This document shows positions 7,654 to 17,209 of a stretch of 64,000 nucleotides of DNA, piece after piece. The translations under genes were made by a program, and so were the position numbers. Under the pieces are notes generated by a model. That model was not told the origin of the DNA. It saw only the letters and a list, made by a program, of their open reading frames with translations, and ran no database searches. This DNA comes from an uncultured archaeon (GTDB taxonomy: Archaea; Thermoproteota; EX4484-205; JAAOZP01): positions 15,119 through 79,118 of the forward strand of contig CALIBN010000024.1 in the NCBI GenBank assembly GCA_938045545.1, read 5' to 3'. The number at the start of each line of letters is the position of its first letter. Within the stretch, counting starts at the first letter, position 1.

Positions 7654-9849
7654 TTGATCGAGGAGTTCAGAAGGGTAGTCTACGAGAGGGTTGAGGTGAG
7701 CAGCTTTAGGAAGCGCGTTGAGCAAGCCCAGCCTAAGCGAGTTAAGGCCTTCAAAATCCTCGGAAGTACGGTTGTCCTAGGTAAAGACGTTTTCAGCGTT
7801 TCGGGGAGGCTTGTTTCAGAGATAAGGCTCAGGTCGGCTGATTACGAGGAGAATAAATCCGAGGTTAAGATGCTTCAAGGCCTTTCGGCAACGGGCTTCG
7901 AGGGAATGTTCACGATATCCTATGAGCCCTTCAACTATGAGGTGAGGTTCTCAATAACCTCGAAATCCCCAAGGGAGCTTAGACTCATGGCTTCAAGGCT
8001 TAAGGCCTCAATACTGGCAAGCAGTCCCGGAGCTGAGCTCGAATCGCTTAGAGCTTCCATCGATAACGTGCTATGGCCCCTAGGAGGCTTCCCGGTCTCC
8101 AGGCGGGAAAACAGGTTGATCCTGCTTAGGGGTAAGGAAGTCTCAGCAGCATCATTCCTGTTAATTAAGCTGAAAGAGGAGATGATTAGCCTTCTCGAGG
8201 ATGGCCTTGAGAACGCCTTAAGGTCCTCTGCGGAATCAGGATGTTCGTTCAGGTTCTGCGTCCCGGTCAAATCATGCAGAGGATTCGCCCACCTTCTAAA
8301 CACATGGGTAAAGAAGAAGGATATTCTATCCAGATATTCCAAGGCCTACAGGGAGCTTAGGGAGAATGGGCTTTTTAACAGCAGGGGCGAGCTCATAGGC
8401 GTTGACCTAAGTAAGTCAACTAAGCTTGAGCTTCTCCGCTCTCAGTACGAGAGGCTTAACGGACAAACGGGATGTTGGACATGCTCTCCGATAATAGTAG
8501 TGATAGGAACTCCCGAGAGGGACCCTAGGCAGGCTTGTGAAAAACAGAGGGAGTACGTTGAAGCTGTCAAGGCATCTTTCTCATCATCCTACAGGGTTAA
8601 GATCGAGGAGGCTGGGTGGCTGAACCTAGGGGAGGTAGCGAGAAGCATACTCGTCAGGGGGATAACGAGCTTGAACAAACTTCATGTAACCGGCGATGAG
8701 TTATCTTGTTTCATAAGCTTTCCCAAGCCAATAACGCCAAGCATATCCTACATGCCGAAGAAGATCGTTGAATTCGGAGCCTTCGACCCGGCTGAGCTCA
8801 GGAGGAATGGTATACTCCTAGGATACTATGAATCCATGAGAAAGAGGTTTGGGGTCAGAATAGGGATAGAAGACCTTCCCCTACATTTAGCTATATTCGG
8901 CGTCCCGGGCTCAGGGAAGAGCACTCTAACAAAGGCACTTCTGAGGAGATACAGGGAGCTAGGAGGTTTTGCGATGGTCTTCGACAGGCATGGAGAGTAC
9001 GTTGACGAATTCGATAATGCCCTAGTCCTCAATACGGATAATGCCAGGATAAACCTCCTAGACCACCACGGTGACCCGGAGGGCCATGCTAAGATCCTGG
9101 GCGAGGTCTTCGCGATGGCTTGGCCGGATGAGTTCGGGCCGTTGGTTTCACACGTTTTCAGGAAGATGTACCTGAAGTACATTAAAGGAGTCAGCCACCC
9201 CGATTTCCTGGAATTCGTAGAATTCCTCGAGAAGGACGCCAACTCGGAGGACCTGACGTTCCTTCGCTCCGGAAAGGCTAGGGATAAGCTGTTCTCGCTA
9301 GTGGGGAGGCTTAGCGAGCTAGCCCAGGGGAGCATTGGAAAGGTGTTCGACACGGTTGGGGGGCAAGGGGGCGTGATGGAGAGGCTGCTCTCGGGCATGG
9401 TCGTCTTCGATTTAAGCGGCATGGATACGGATAGGGATGCGAACATACTTACATGGTTGATGCTGAAGCGAATCTACGATTATAGAAGGAAGAAGCCCAA
9501 CAGGGGTTTGCCGCACGTTATAGTCTGCGAGGAGGCTCATAACATCGCTCCAGCTAGGTTTGAGGGCCAGGAGACCATAGTTGAGAAGATGCTTAAGGAG
9601 ATGAGGAAGTTCGGCGAGTCTGTTTGGCTTATAGATCAGAGACCATTAACGGTGTCGAGGGATGTCTTGGGATTATGTGGGACCATAGTCTGCCTGAGGC
9701 TACAATACTCGAGCGACGTTGAGAAGACCGGGGACACGATGCACCTGAACGAAGAGCAGAGGCTGAGGCTGCAGGAACTCGAGTTGGGGGAGGCGATAGC
9801 ATTGCTGCCGAGAATGAAGACTGCGATACCAATCACCGTCCAGCTGTAG
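7654..9849 (+). CDS. HerA/DUF87-family (FtsK-HerA/VirB4-like) ATPase with long N-terminal domain
   Basis: Walker A GVPGSGKST, FDRHGEY, Walker B IVCEEAHN, EMRKFG and IDQRP motifs. Confidence 0.9.
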   Translation: MIEEFRRVVYERVEVSSFRKRVEQAQPKRVKAFKILGSTVVLGKDVFSVSGRLVSEIRLRSADYEENKSEVKMLQGLSATGFEGMFTISYEPFNYEVRFSITSKSPRELRLMASRLKASILASSPGAELESLRASIDNVLWPLGGFPVSRRENRLILLRGKEVSAASFLLIKLKEEMISLLEDGLENALRSSAESGCSFRFCVPVKSCRGFAHLLNTWVKKKDILSRYSKAYRELRENGLFNSRGELIGVDLSKSTKLELLRSQYERLNGQTGCWTCSPIIVVIGTPERDPRQACEKQREYVEAVKASFSSSYRVKIEEAGWLNLGEVARSILVRGITSLNKLHVTGDELSCFISFPKPITPSISYMPKKIVEFGAFDPAELRRNGILLGYYESMRKRFGVRIGIEDLPLHLAIFGVPGSGKSTLTKALLRRYRELGGFAMVFDRHGEYVDEFDNALVLNTDNARINLLDHHGDPEGHAKILGEVFAMAWPDEFGPLVSHVFRKMYLKYIKGVSHPDFLEFVEFLEKDANSEDLTFLRSGKARDKLFSLVGRLSELAQGSIGKVFDTVGGQGGVMERLLSGMVVFDLSGMDTDRDANILTWLMLKRIYDYRRKKPNRGLPHVIVCEEAHNIAPARFEGQETIVEKMLKEMRKFGESVWLIDQRPLTVSRDVLGLCGTIVCLRLQYSSDVEKTGDTMHLNEEQRLRLQELELGEAIALLPRMKTAIPITVQL

Positions 9850-9852
9850 CGT

Positions 9853-9906
9853 GCTCAACCATGCTCGGGCTAAAGCCCCGAGAGCGGCTGGATTGGGCTC
9901 CATGAG
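9853..9906 (-). mobile_element. candidate left end of the composite element
   Basis: Minus-strand CTCGGGGCTTTAGCCCGAG hairpin with an IS200/IS605-type GCTTTAGC loop, in the same orientation as the right-end hairpin. TTAA at 9907-9910. It could instead be a terminator hairpin. Confidence 0.45.
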
Positions 9907-10162
9907 TTAATCGTAGAATGTTTATGAGTTCAGCCGATGGTACATACGCATCGTTAGCGGGGAATAATTTAAGACCATTATTTTCCTAACTTCCGCTTTT
10001 GGCATATGCTAAAACGTTAAAGCCTAGTTTTCAAAGCCTAGTTTAAAAGTCTTCAGTAACATCCTTCAGCAGCGTTAAGCAAGTGTTCGAATTTCTGTAC
10101 ACGCTGTTCGCAACAATACTGTTAAAAACAGGTGGGGGCAAATAGCAGGATGGGGTTCGAAA

Positions 10163-10999
10163 ATGGAGGAAATGTTAAGCAGGAAATGGTTGCTCGTGCT
10201 CAGCGTGGTTTTCGTCGCAACCATCGGCGTAAACCTGGCTCTACTAGTCGGAATATATCCGGTGCTCATCAGCCAGCGGGCAGGCTCTGAGAACCGCTTC
10301 AACACGGTTGAAGAAGGCTTTAAAACCTGGGGCACCGCCGGCCTGCTGGACACCGGCCAGGCTGAGCAGCGGGCGAAGACGATAAGCGTAACCGGCACCG
10401 GCGTGGTTAAGGCTAAGCCTGACAGGGCGGTTTTAAGCCTCAGCGTGGTTACGCAGGCGGAAAGCGCGGGGGAAGCGATCTCTGAGAACGCGGGTAAAAT
10501 GGACAGCGTCGTAAAAGCCGTCAGGAGCATGGGGATTCTGGAGAACCAGACGGAAACATCCGCGTACAGTCTGACCCCTATTTGGGATTATCCTAAGGAA
10601 GGCGTCTCGCCCAGAATAGTTGGCTACACGTGTTCCAACACTATTAGGGTCACGGTTAAGGATTTGAACAAGGTGGGGGAGGTGATTGACGCAGCGGTTA
10701 AGGCTGGTGCAAACCAGGTTTCCTCGCTTCAATTCACGATTTCCGACGAGGCAATGCGTCAACTCGGGTTGAATGCTTTGAGCCTTGCTGTGAAAGACGC
10801 CTCCTCTAAAGCCAGCACGATAGCTGCCGCAGCCGGAGTAACGCTGGTCGGCCCGGTTTCAATAAGCCTCTCCGGATACTCTCCGTATTTTAGAAGCTAC
10901 GCTTTTGAATCCGTGATGGGAAGCGTTGCGACGCCGATAATTTCACCGGAGGAGGTCAGCGTAACCGTGAGCGTTTCAGCGGTTTACGAGTTTAATTGA
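10163..10999 (+). CDS. SIMPL (DUF541) domain protein, membrane anchored
   Basis: ISVTGTGVVKAKPDRA, GANQVSSLQF and ALSLAVKDA...A motifs. The stop is supplied by an element end. Confidence 0.9.
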   Translation: MEEMLSRKWLLVLSVVFVATIGVNLALLVGIYPVLISQRAGSENRFNTVEEGFKTWGTAGLLDTGQAEQRAKTISVTGTGVVKAKPDRAVLSLSVVTQAESAGEAISENAGKMDSVVKAVRSMGILENQTETSAYSLTPIWDYPKEGVSPRIVGYTCSNTIRVTVKDLNKVGEVIDAAVKAGANQVSSLQFTISDEAMRQLGLNALSLAVKDASSKASTIAAAAGVTLVGPVSISLSGYSPYFRSYAFESVMGSVATPIISPEEVSVTVSVSAVYEFN

Positions 11000-11535
11000 C
11001 ATTCCCCCGGTTGAAGCCGGTGGGATTCCCGGTTCGTCGCCCTCAGGGCTCATCCCCTCGAGTTATAGCGCGCGCCCTATGGCCATTAGGAGGCTTACCA
11101 CTCTCGAAGCATAAGAATGCTTTAAGCCTGTTTAGGGGACGGAAGATCTCGGCAGCCTCATCCCTATTCATGAGGTTAGAAGATGCTCTCGAACTTCCTG
11201 AGGATGCTCTTGAGAATGCTTTAAGGTCCTCCGAAGAATCCGGTTGCTCGCTCAGGTTCTGCATCCCAGTTAAGTCTTGCAAGGGAATTTTCCATGCTTT
11301 AAGCCTGTGGGCCAGAAGGAAAATTATCTCTTCGCAGTACTCTAGGGCTTACAGGATGTTGAGGGGAAAGGGACTCTACAACAGCAGAGGGGAGCTCATA
11401 GGCTACGACCTTGGGAAATCCGCCGAACTCGAAAGGCTTCCGGGATACGAGAAGCTCGACGGTAAAGCTGGATGCGGAAATGCTCCCCTACAATCGTCGT
11501 GATAGGCCCTTCAGCAAAAAGCCCTGAACGAGCAC
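10996..11535 (-). mobile_element. deletion derivative: TnpB right end fused to an internal fragment of the HerA-like ATPase
   Basis: 10996-11070 matches the right end (TTGACATTCCCCCGGTTGAAGCCGGTGGGATTCCCGGTTCGTCGCCC). 11074-~11530 (plus) encodes LWPLGG...CSLRFCIPVKSC...NSRGELIG, homologous to ~8070-8530. Confidence 0.85.
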
Positions 11536-11694
11536 TTGCTTAAAGCATGGTATGAGGTTTTACTAAGTGTTTTACAGCACTGACTATAGACAATGAAAGC
11601 TTTAGTGCGCGATTCTTCGACCATTCTACGTGGGAAAATCTAGGATGATTGGTAAAAGTTTAAGACCTTTTTAAACAATTAGTCAGCGTGCTGC

Positions 11695-12153
11695 TTGTTG
11701 AGCGAGGAGGAGCTAGAGTATAAGCTGCGCGGCAAGACTCTTCAGGTCTACCTCTACCTGATAAGGTCCGGCGGGGACGATAGCTACGGCGTGAGGGAGG
11801 TTCAGAGGGCACTTGGCTTCAAGAGCCCGAGCATAGCGTCATACCATCTTGAAAAGCTGAGGGAACTGGGTCTGCTCGTTAAGGATGAGAAGGGGGATTA
11901 TCGCGTCGCTAAAGAGGTCAACATAGGGTTGTTTAAGCTCTACATTAAGATAGGGGAGCTTAGAATGCCGAGGTTCCTACTGTACGCTTGCTTCATAACC
12001 AGCATGGTGGCGACATACCTGCTGGCTTATCCTCAGACGTTCAGCCCACATAATCTTTTCGCGCTACTGGTAAGCTTCTCCTCGCTCACAATACTCTGGG
12101 GCGAGACCCTCCTGATAATGAGGGAAACAAGGTCTAAAACCTTGAAAAAATAG
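11695..12153 (+). CDS. winged-helix regulator with two C-terminal TM helices
   Basis: GKTLQVYLYL...GVREVQRALGFKSPSIASYHLEKL, followed by hydrophobic segments. Confidence 0.8.
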   Translation: MLSEEELEYKLRGKTLQVYLYLIRSGGDDSYGVREVQRALGFKSPSIASYHLEKLRELGLLVKDEKGDYRVAKEVNIGLFKLYIKIGELRMPRFLLYACFITSMVATYLLAYPQTFSPHNLFALLVSFSSLTILWGETLLIMRETRSKTLKK

Positions 12154-12172
12154 CTTTTTCAACAGGAACCTG

Positions 12173-14263
12173 ATGTGCAGGCCTGCCAATAGGCTTGAAG
12201 AGAGTGTTTTAATCCTTGGAGCCGTCATGGCGAGGCATGCAGGCAGTCTCCAATCCGCGTTTCAACAGGAAACCATTAATATGGGAAGCAAGGGTCCCGT
12301 ACGGGTGAACAGGATGCCGAAGAAACACTACGGTTTCCAATCGGCAGAAGTATCCTCCCCAGACGGGCAGATCCTTGTGAAAATAACCATTAGGGAGAGA
12401 ATCGAGCCATATCCCTCTGGTAGGCGCCTCTACTACTCCATCTCTTTCAAGGGAAGGGAGATACTGGTTGACTCTCCGCTGGCCATGGATTTTAAGGACG
12501 CGCCGCCCCTCGCCGGGAACCTTGTTTTAACCAGGAGGGAGGAGAAGACTATTAGCGAGAAATGGCAGGCGGTGCACGGCAAGTGCAAGAGCGTCCTTAA
12601 CCTGTGCAACGAGCTGCACCTTTGGCTTAAGGAGGAAGAGGAGCCGGGTAGGAGGCTGGAGCTTTTTTTCCGCGCGTACAATGACGGTGTTGCATTCCGC
12701 TATTTTCTCCCGAGGCAACCGGGCATGAAGAGCTTCAAACTTGCTAATGAGCGCTCAGAATTTCACTTCGCGTCAAACCATACTGTTTGGGCAGCCGACT
12801 ATAGATCGTACATCTCGCCCCAGGAAGCCCTTTTCGAGAAGAAGACTCTCAGCCAAATAACGCCTTCCTCAATAATAGGACTACCCTTGCTTGTTAAAGT
12901 CGACGAATCCAGATGGGTTGCAATCACTGAGGCAAACATAACAGACTGGGCTGGAATGTATCTTACCGGGACGGGTGTCAAACCCTATGCTCTCGTCTCA
13001 AGCCTCGCCCCTAGGCTAGACGAGCCCGGAGTACTGGTCGGCTCAAACACTCCCCACTACTCGCCGTGGAGAGTAGTGATGATAGGCCAGAGCCCCGGAG
13101 ACCTGATCGAGTCAAACATCATACTGAATCTTAATGAGCCATGCGTAATCAGAGACACGTCTTGGATAAAACCGGGTAAGGCTGCTTGGGACTGGTGGTG
13201 CGGAGGATATATTCCCGACGCGAAGTTTAAAGTCGGCATGAACACCGAGACCATGAAGTACTTCATAGAGTTCGCCGCAGAAATGGGTTTCGAGTACATG
13301 ATTGTCGACGCCGGCTGGTATGGAGAACCTAACAAGCCTGAGGCGGATGTCACTAAACCTATTCCTGAGCTGAATATTCGTGAGCTCATCAGGTTCGCTG
13401 GAGAAAGAAACATTAGGATTATAATCTGGCTCCACTGGAGGGATGTTGAGGAAAAGATTGAGGAAGCCTTCCAGCTTTACGAGAAATGGGGTATAGCAGG
13501 GGTCAAGATAGACTTTATGGATCGCGACGACCAGGAGATGGTTAACTTCTACCACAGGGTTGTTAAGAAGGCTGCTGAACACCGTCTTCTCGTAGAATTC
13601 CACGGCGCTTACAAGCCGGATGGCTTACGCAGAACCTATCCGAACCTAATAACCCGCGAGGGCGTTTTAGGAAACGAGTATTGTAAATGGTCAACGCTAG
13701 TCACCCCAGAGCACACCGTGACAATACCCTTCACGAGGATGCTTGCTGGACCTATGGACTTTACGCCAGGAGGCTTTCGTCACACGACCAAGGCGACTTT
13801 TAGACCTCAGAACAGGGGCCCGTTCGTAATGGGTACGAGGTGTCACCAGCTTGCTATGTTCGTTGTCTACGAGAGCCCGCTGCAAGTCGTTTGCGACTCA
13901 CCCTACAATTACCGGGGGCAACCCGGCCTAGAGTTTCTCAAGATAGTTCCAACTACATGGGATGAGACCAAGTTTCTGAACGGCGAGGTTGGGGAATACA
14001 TAACCATCGCTAGGAGAAACGGTTCAGACTGGTTCATCGGAAGCATGACGAATTGGAATCCTAGGGAAATAGAAATACCGTTGGGATTCCTGGGAGATGA
14101 AAAGTATGTTGCCCACGTTTTTGAAGATGCTCCGGATGCGGATGATTTCCCTAATAGGGTTTGCGAGAAGAGGCTTGAGGTAACGTCTAAAGACATCTTG
14201 GTGGCGAGAATGGCTTCCGGCGGAGGCTATGTGGCCCACATACTGCGTGATGAAGATCGATGA
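12173..14263 (+). CDS. glycoside hydrolase family 97 (true start probably downstream)
   Basis: FRAYNDGVAFRY, WIKPGKAAWDWW, GVKIDFMDRDDQ, TREGVLGNE and GPMDFTPG motifs. Confidence 0.95.
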   Translation: MCRPANRLEESVLILGAVMARHAGSLQSAFQQETINMGSKGPVRVNRMPKKHYGFQSAEVSSPDGQILVKITIRERIEPYPSGRRLYYSISFKGREILVDSPLAMDFKDAPPLAGNLVLTRREEKTISEKWQAVHGKCKSVLNLCNELHLWLKEEEEPGRRLELFFRAYNDGVAFRYFLPRQPGMKSFKLANERSEFHFASNHTVWAADYRSYISPQEALFEKKTLSQITPSSIIGLPLLVKVDESRWVAITEANITDWAGMYLTGTGVKPYALVSSLAPRLDEPGVLVGSNTPHYSPWRVVMIGQSPGDLIESNIILNLNEPCVIRDTSWIKPGKAAWDWWCGGYIPDAKFKVGMNTETMKYFIEFAAEMGFEYMIVDAGWYGEPNKPEADVTKPIPELNIRELIRFAGERNIRIIIWLHWRDVEEKIEEAFQLYEKWGIAGVKIDFMDRDDQEMVNFYHRVVKKAAEHRLLVEFHGAYKPDGLRRTYPNLITREGVLGNEYCKWSTLVTPEHTVTIPFTRMLAGPMDFTPGGFRHTTKATFRPQNRGPFVMGTRCHQLAMFVVYESPLQVVCDSPYNYRGQPGLEFLKIVPTTWDETKFLNGEVGEYITIARRNGSDWFIGSMTNWNPREIEIPLGFLGDEKYVAHVFEDAPDADDFPNRVCEKRLEVTSKDILVARMASGGGYVAHILRDEDR

Positions 14264-14391
14264 AAAATTTTATGAGAGAGTTCGCTCGAATAGCGCGGGC
14301 TGCGCCCCCAGCTGCCGCCGTTAAGCTTCTCCTCCAGATAATCTGTTTATAAATGTTGCCATTTTTATTAAACTTGGGAAAAAATTAAATA

Positions 14392-15234
14392 ATGTTTAAC
14401 GGTTCTCAAACGGTTCCTGAGATCATGGTTAAGGTAAACTATCATATTCACAGTACGTATAGCGACGGCCGAGCTACCATAATGCAGTATGCTGAGGAAG
14501 CGGTTAGAAAGGGTTTTCACGAGATCGCCTTTACTGAACACTTGGCTATACGGCCAGGGTCGATGAAAAAACTGTATTACTCTATAGATGCTTCTAAGAT
14601 AGAGGATTATGTTGAGGATGTTAAAGGGGCAGGGAGGAGTTTTAAAGGCTTAAAGGTTAAGGCTGGTTTAGAAGTCGACTACTTCCCAGGCTCGGGATCA
14701 CTGCTTAAAGATATCTTGGGGAGTAACGATTTGGATTTCACTATGGTAAGCATCCATTGGATAGGCGAGTTTTGCCTAGACTGTGTCAAGTATAAGAAGG
14801 CTTTCGAGATCGCTGTTAAAGAAGAGGGTTTCGACAAGTTCTACTCGAAATATTTGAGGCTTCTTGGGGAAGCTGTGGAGTCAGGATTGTTCAACGTTAT
14901 CGCGCATTTCGACATCGCTAGGAACTGGGGTTTCAAAACCTCCAGTGATTTTAAGATGGATGAGCTCAAGATCTTGGAGAATGCAAGTAAGCTGGGAATG
15001 GCTGTCGAGGTTTCCAGCAAGGGTTTGAGAAACCCCATTAACGAGCCATATCCTGCTAGAAGGATTTTAGAATACTGCAGTCCTCTCCGCATACCGATAA
15101 CACTGGGTACTGATGCTCACAGGTTGAATGAGATTGATGCAAACTATGATTCTATAGTTGAGTATGCCAGGTCTGCAGGCTACTCAGAGTTAGCCGTGTT
15201 CAGTAGGGGGAAGCTGACCCTCGTTTCCCTTTAG
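14392..15234 (+). CDS. PHP-family phosphatase (histidinol-phosphatase HisJ-like)
   Basis: YHIHSTYSDG, FTEH, AHFD and GTDAH motifs. Confidence 0.85.
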   Translation: MFNGSQTVPEIMVKVNYHIHSTYSDGRATIMQYAEEAVRKGFHEIAFTEHLAIRPGSMKKLYYSIDASKIEDYVEDVKGAGRSFKGLKVKAGLEVDYFPGSGSLLKDILGSNDLDFTMVSIHWIGEFCLDCVKYKKAFEIAVKEEGFDKFYSKYLRLLGEAVESGLFNVIAHFDIARNWGFKTSSDFKMDELKILENASKLGMAVEVSSKGLRNPINEPYPARRILEYCSPLRIPITLGTDAHRLNEIDANYDSIVEYARSAGYSELAVFSRGKLTLVSL

Positions 15235-15695
15235 GCTTCTCCGAACCATTTGCCTAAGCCGCCTTCCGTCTTTCTAACCCTGAATTCTTCAGCCTCCTTA
15301 AGAACTTCCTTGTAACCCGGATATTTGATTCTAATGATTGCCTCGTCTAGGCTTAGCCATTCGAAGCCCTCATGCTCCCAGGATATTGAAACATTTTTCT
15401 CTAAGGCTTCTCCGAGAAACAGGATCAGCGTTTTGCTGACAAGCGTACCGTTATCCCTCCTATAATAGTAGTTTAAAACCTTCCTGAACCCAGGTATGAC
15501 TCTAATTTTATCTATCCCGCTTTCCTCCTTCAATTCTCTCAACGCTGCTGCAAGCTCGTCCTCAGCCTCCTCTATATTGCCCTTCGGAAAATCAAGCCTT
15601 CCTCCGACTTTTAGAAACAGGTATTTCACTTCACTATTTTCCTTTGTAAAAACAATGAAGCCGGCTGACTTCTCTTTCATCAGGGGGCTGGACAA
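15231..15695 (-). CDS. Nudix hydrolase (Ap4A hydrolase-like)
   Basis: PKGNIEEAEDELAAALRELKEESG Nudix box; SWEH. Confidence 0.9.
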   Translation of the reverse strand: MSSPLMKEKSAGFIVFTKENSEVKYLFLKVGGRLDFPKGNIEEAEDELAAALRELKEESGIDKIRVIPGFRKVLNYYYRRDNGTLVSKTLILFLGEALEKNVSISWEHEGFEWLSLDEAIIRIKYPGYKEVLKEAEEFRVRKTEGGLGKWFGEA

Positions 15696-15778
15696 TAAGC
15701 TTTAACCCAGGCTTCTCTTTATAAGTGTTTTCGGAAAAAACTTATTTAAAGCCCCTGCATTATGTAGAACGATGAGTC

Positions 15779-16225
15779 TTGGAGAAGGAAGAGCTTTTGA
15801 AAATGCTCAACCATGCGCTTGAACTCGAGCACGCGGCTTATGTACAATACCTCAGCCATGCTGAGCTTATAGATGGTGATAACGCTGAACCGTTGATAGA
15901 GAGGCTTAAAGAAATCGCGAACGATGAGAAAACCCATCAGGAGAAGTTCAGGTCCCTGATAGGCATGCTAGGGGGAACACCCAGCATGGGCATTGCAGAA
16001 ACCCATCCGGCTAAAACCGTTAGGGAAATACTTGAGCAGAATCTGAAGGACGAGAAAGAGGCTGTTGACACTTACAGGAAGATATATGGGGCGATAGTCG
16101 GGGGAAGAGGCAGAGGATACTATGATATGCTTCTTGAACATGAGGTTAGACACATAATAATGGATGAGCAGGAGCACATTACAGAGCTAGAACTATTGCT
16201 TGGAAAGTCGGGCGAAAGCTATTAA
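15779..16225 (+). CDS. ferritin-like / bacterioferritin-like protein
   Basis: ELEHAA, DEKTH, DEKEA and DEQEH diiron motifs. Confidence 0.85.
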   Translation: MEKEELLKMLNHALELEHAAYVQYLSHAELIDGDNAEPLIERLKEIANDEKTHQEKFRSLIGMLGGTPSMGIAETHPAKTVREILEQNLKDEKEAVDTYRKIYGAIVGGRGRGYYDMLLEHEVRHIIMDEQEHITELELLLGKSGESY

Positions 16226-16261
16226 AACGTTTTCGTTTTTTCTTTTTTTTAAAAAAACGCG
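16226..16261. terminator. T-rich/A-rich bidirectional terminator region between convergent genes
   Basis: Long T runs followed by an A7 run between two convergent stop codons. Confidence 0.45.
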
Positions 16262-17209
16262 TTAAAATACCCATCTATAGCTATCTTCCTCCTTAACCAT
16301 GTTCTTCAATGCCTCCCTGTCTGTAATCTCCTTGGCTGGTTTCATCAGAATTTCCTCCTCTTCAGGTGAAATGAAGAAGTTCGCCAAGTATGTTTTCCCA
16401 TTCAAGTATCTTAAACGTCCCTTGACTTTTTCAGCTATCCTGTTGTCAACCTCCTTGAACTCTTCAGGGAGTATTCTAAGCCCATCCCGAGGTTTCAAAC
16501 CCATTACGAAACCCCAGTCGTCGCAGAAGCTTTTAACGTAGACGTGCAGAGGAATCGAGTTTCCAAAAACCCTTTTAACGGTCCAGAATATTCTCCTAAA
16601 CTGACGACTCTGGAACGCGGTTGCCTGAGTTATGAAAGTGCCTCCGGGCTTCAGGGCATCTTGAACCATTCTGTAAAACTCCTTGGAGTAGAGTAGAACA
16701 GACGGGCCACCCTCCACCGGGTCAGTTAAATCAATTATTATTGAATCATAATAATTCTTCTTTCGCGATATGAATTTCCTCGCATCAGTAAGGTGAATCT
16801 TAACCCTCCGGCTCTTCAAGGATCCTTTGTTTAAGCGTTGAAGGTATTTTTCAGACACTTCAACAACCCTCCCATCTATGTCTACAAGATCCACGTGCTC
16901 AACCTCCCTGTATTTTAAAACCTCTCTGAGCGCGCATCCGTCTCCTCCCCCGAGTATGGCTATGCGCCTCCGGTCTTCAGCGTTTAGAAGCGGCGTGTGT
17001 ACAAGCGTCTCATGATACCTGTATTCATCGTACTCGGCAACCTGAATAAGGCCATCGAGCAACAGGCATAATCCGAATTCAGGTGACTCCAGCACCTCCA
17101 GGGTTTGAAACCTTGTTCTCTCAGCAAGCAGGATTTTGCTGACTCTGAAGAGAAAGTAGTTGTTAAAAAGGTCGAGTGTTAAGTATCTTGTTCTCGTTAA
17201 CCTGGACAT
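16262..17209 (-). CDS. speE: spermidine synthase / aminopropyltransferase
   Basis: LLLDGLIQ, YHETLVH, ILGGGDG and IIDLTDP motifs. Confidence 0.93.
   Translation of the reverse strand: MSRLTRTRYLTLDLFNNYFLFRVSKILLAERTRFQTLEVLESPEFGLCLLLDGLIQVAEYDEYRYHETLVHTPLLNAEDRRRIAILGGGDGCALREVLKYREVEHVDLVDIDGRVVEVSEKYLQRLNKGSLKSRRVKIHLTDARKFISRKKNYYDSIIIDLTDPVEGGPSVLLYSKEFYRMVQDALKPGGTFITQATAFQSRQFRRIFWTVKRVFGNSIPLHVYVKSFCDDWGFVMGLKPRDGLRILPEEFKEVDNRIAEKVKGRLRYLNGKTYLANFFISPEEEEILMKPAKEITDREALKNMVKEEDSYRWVF

Larger units (their letters stand above)
5328..9906 (-). mobile_element. TnpA-less IS200/IS605-like composite element (tnpB, structured leader, TM-wHTH gene, HerA-like ATPase gene)
   Basis: Right end at 5328 and candidate left-end hairpin at 9864-9882 next to TTAA. 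Two deletion derivatives in the window link ATPase fragments to TnpB ends. The left boundary is inferred. Confidence 0.7.

Noticed and set aside
10019-10044. AAAGCCTAGTTT direct repeat x2
   Set aside because: Only two copies and no further support; at most an operator for the SIMPL gene.
10996-11502. 168-aa ORF as a real gene
   Set aside because: It is a chimera of right-end sequence and a frameshifted ATPase fragment.
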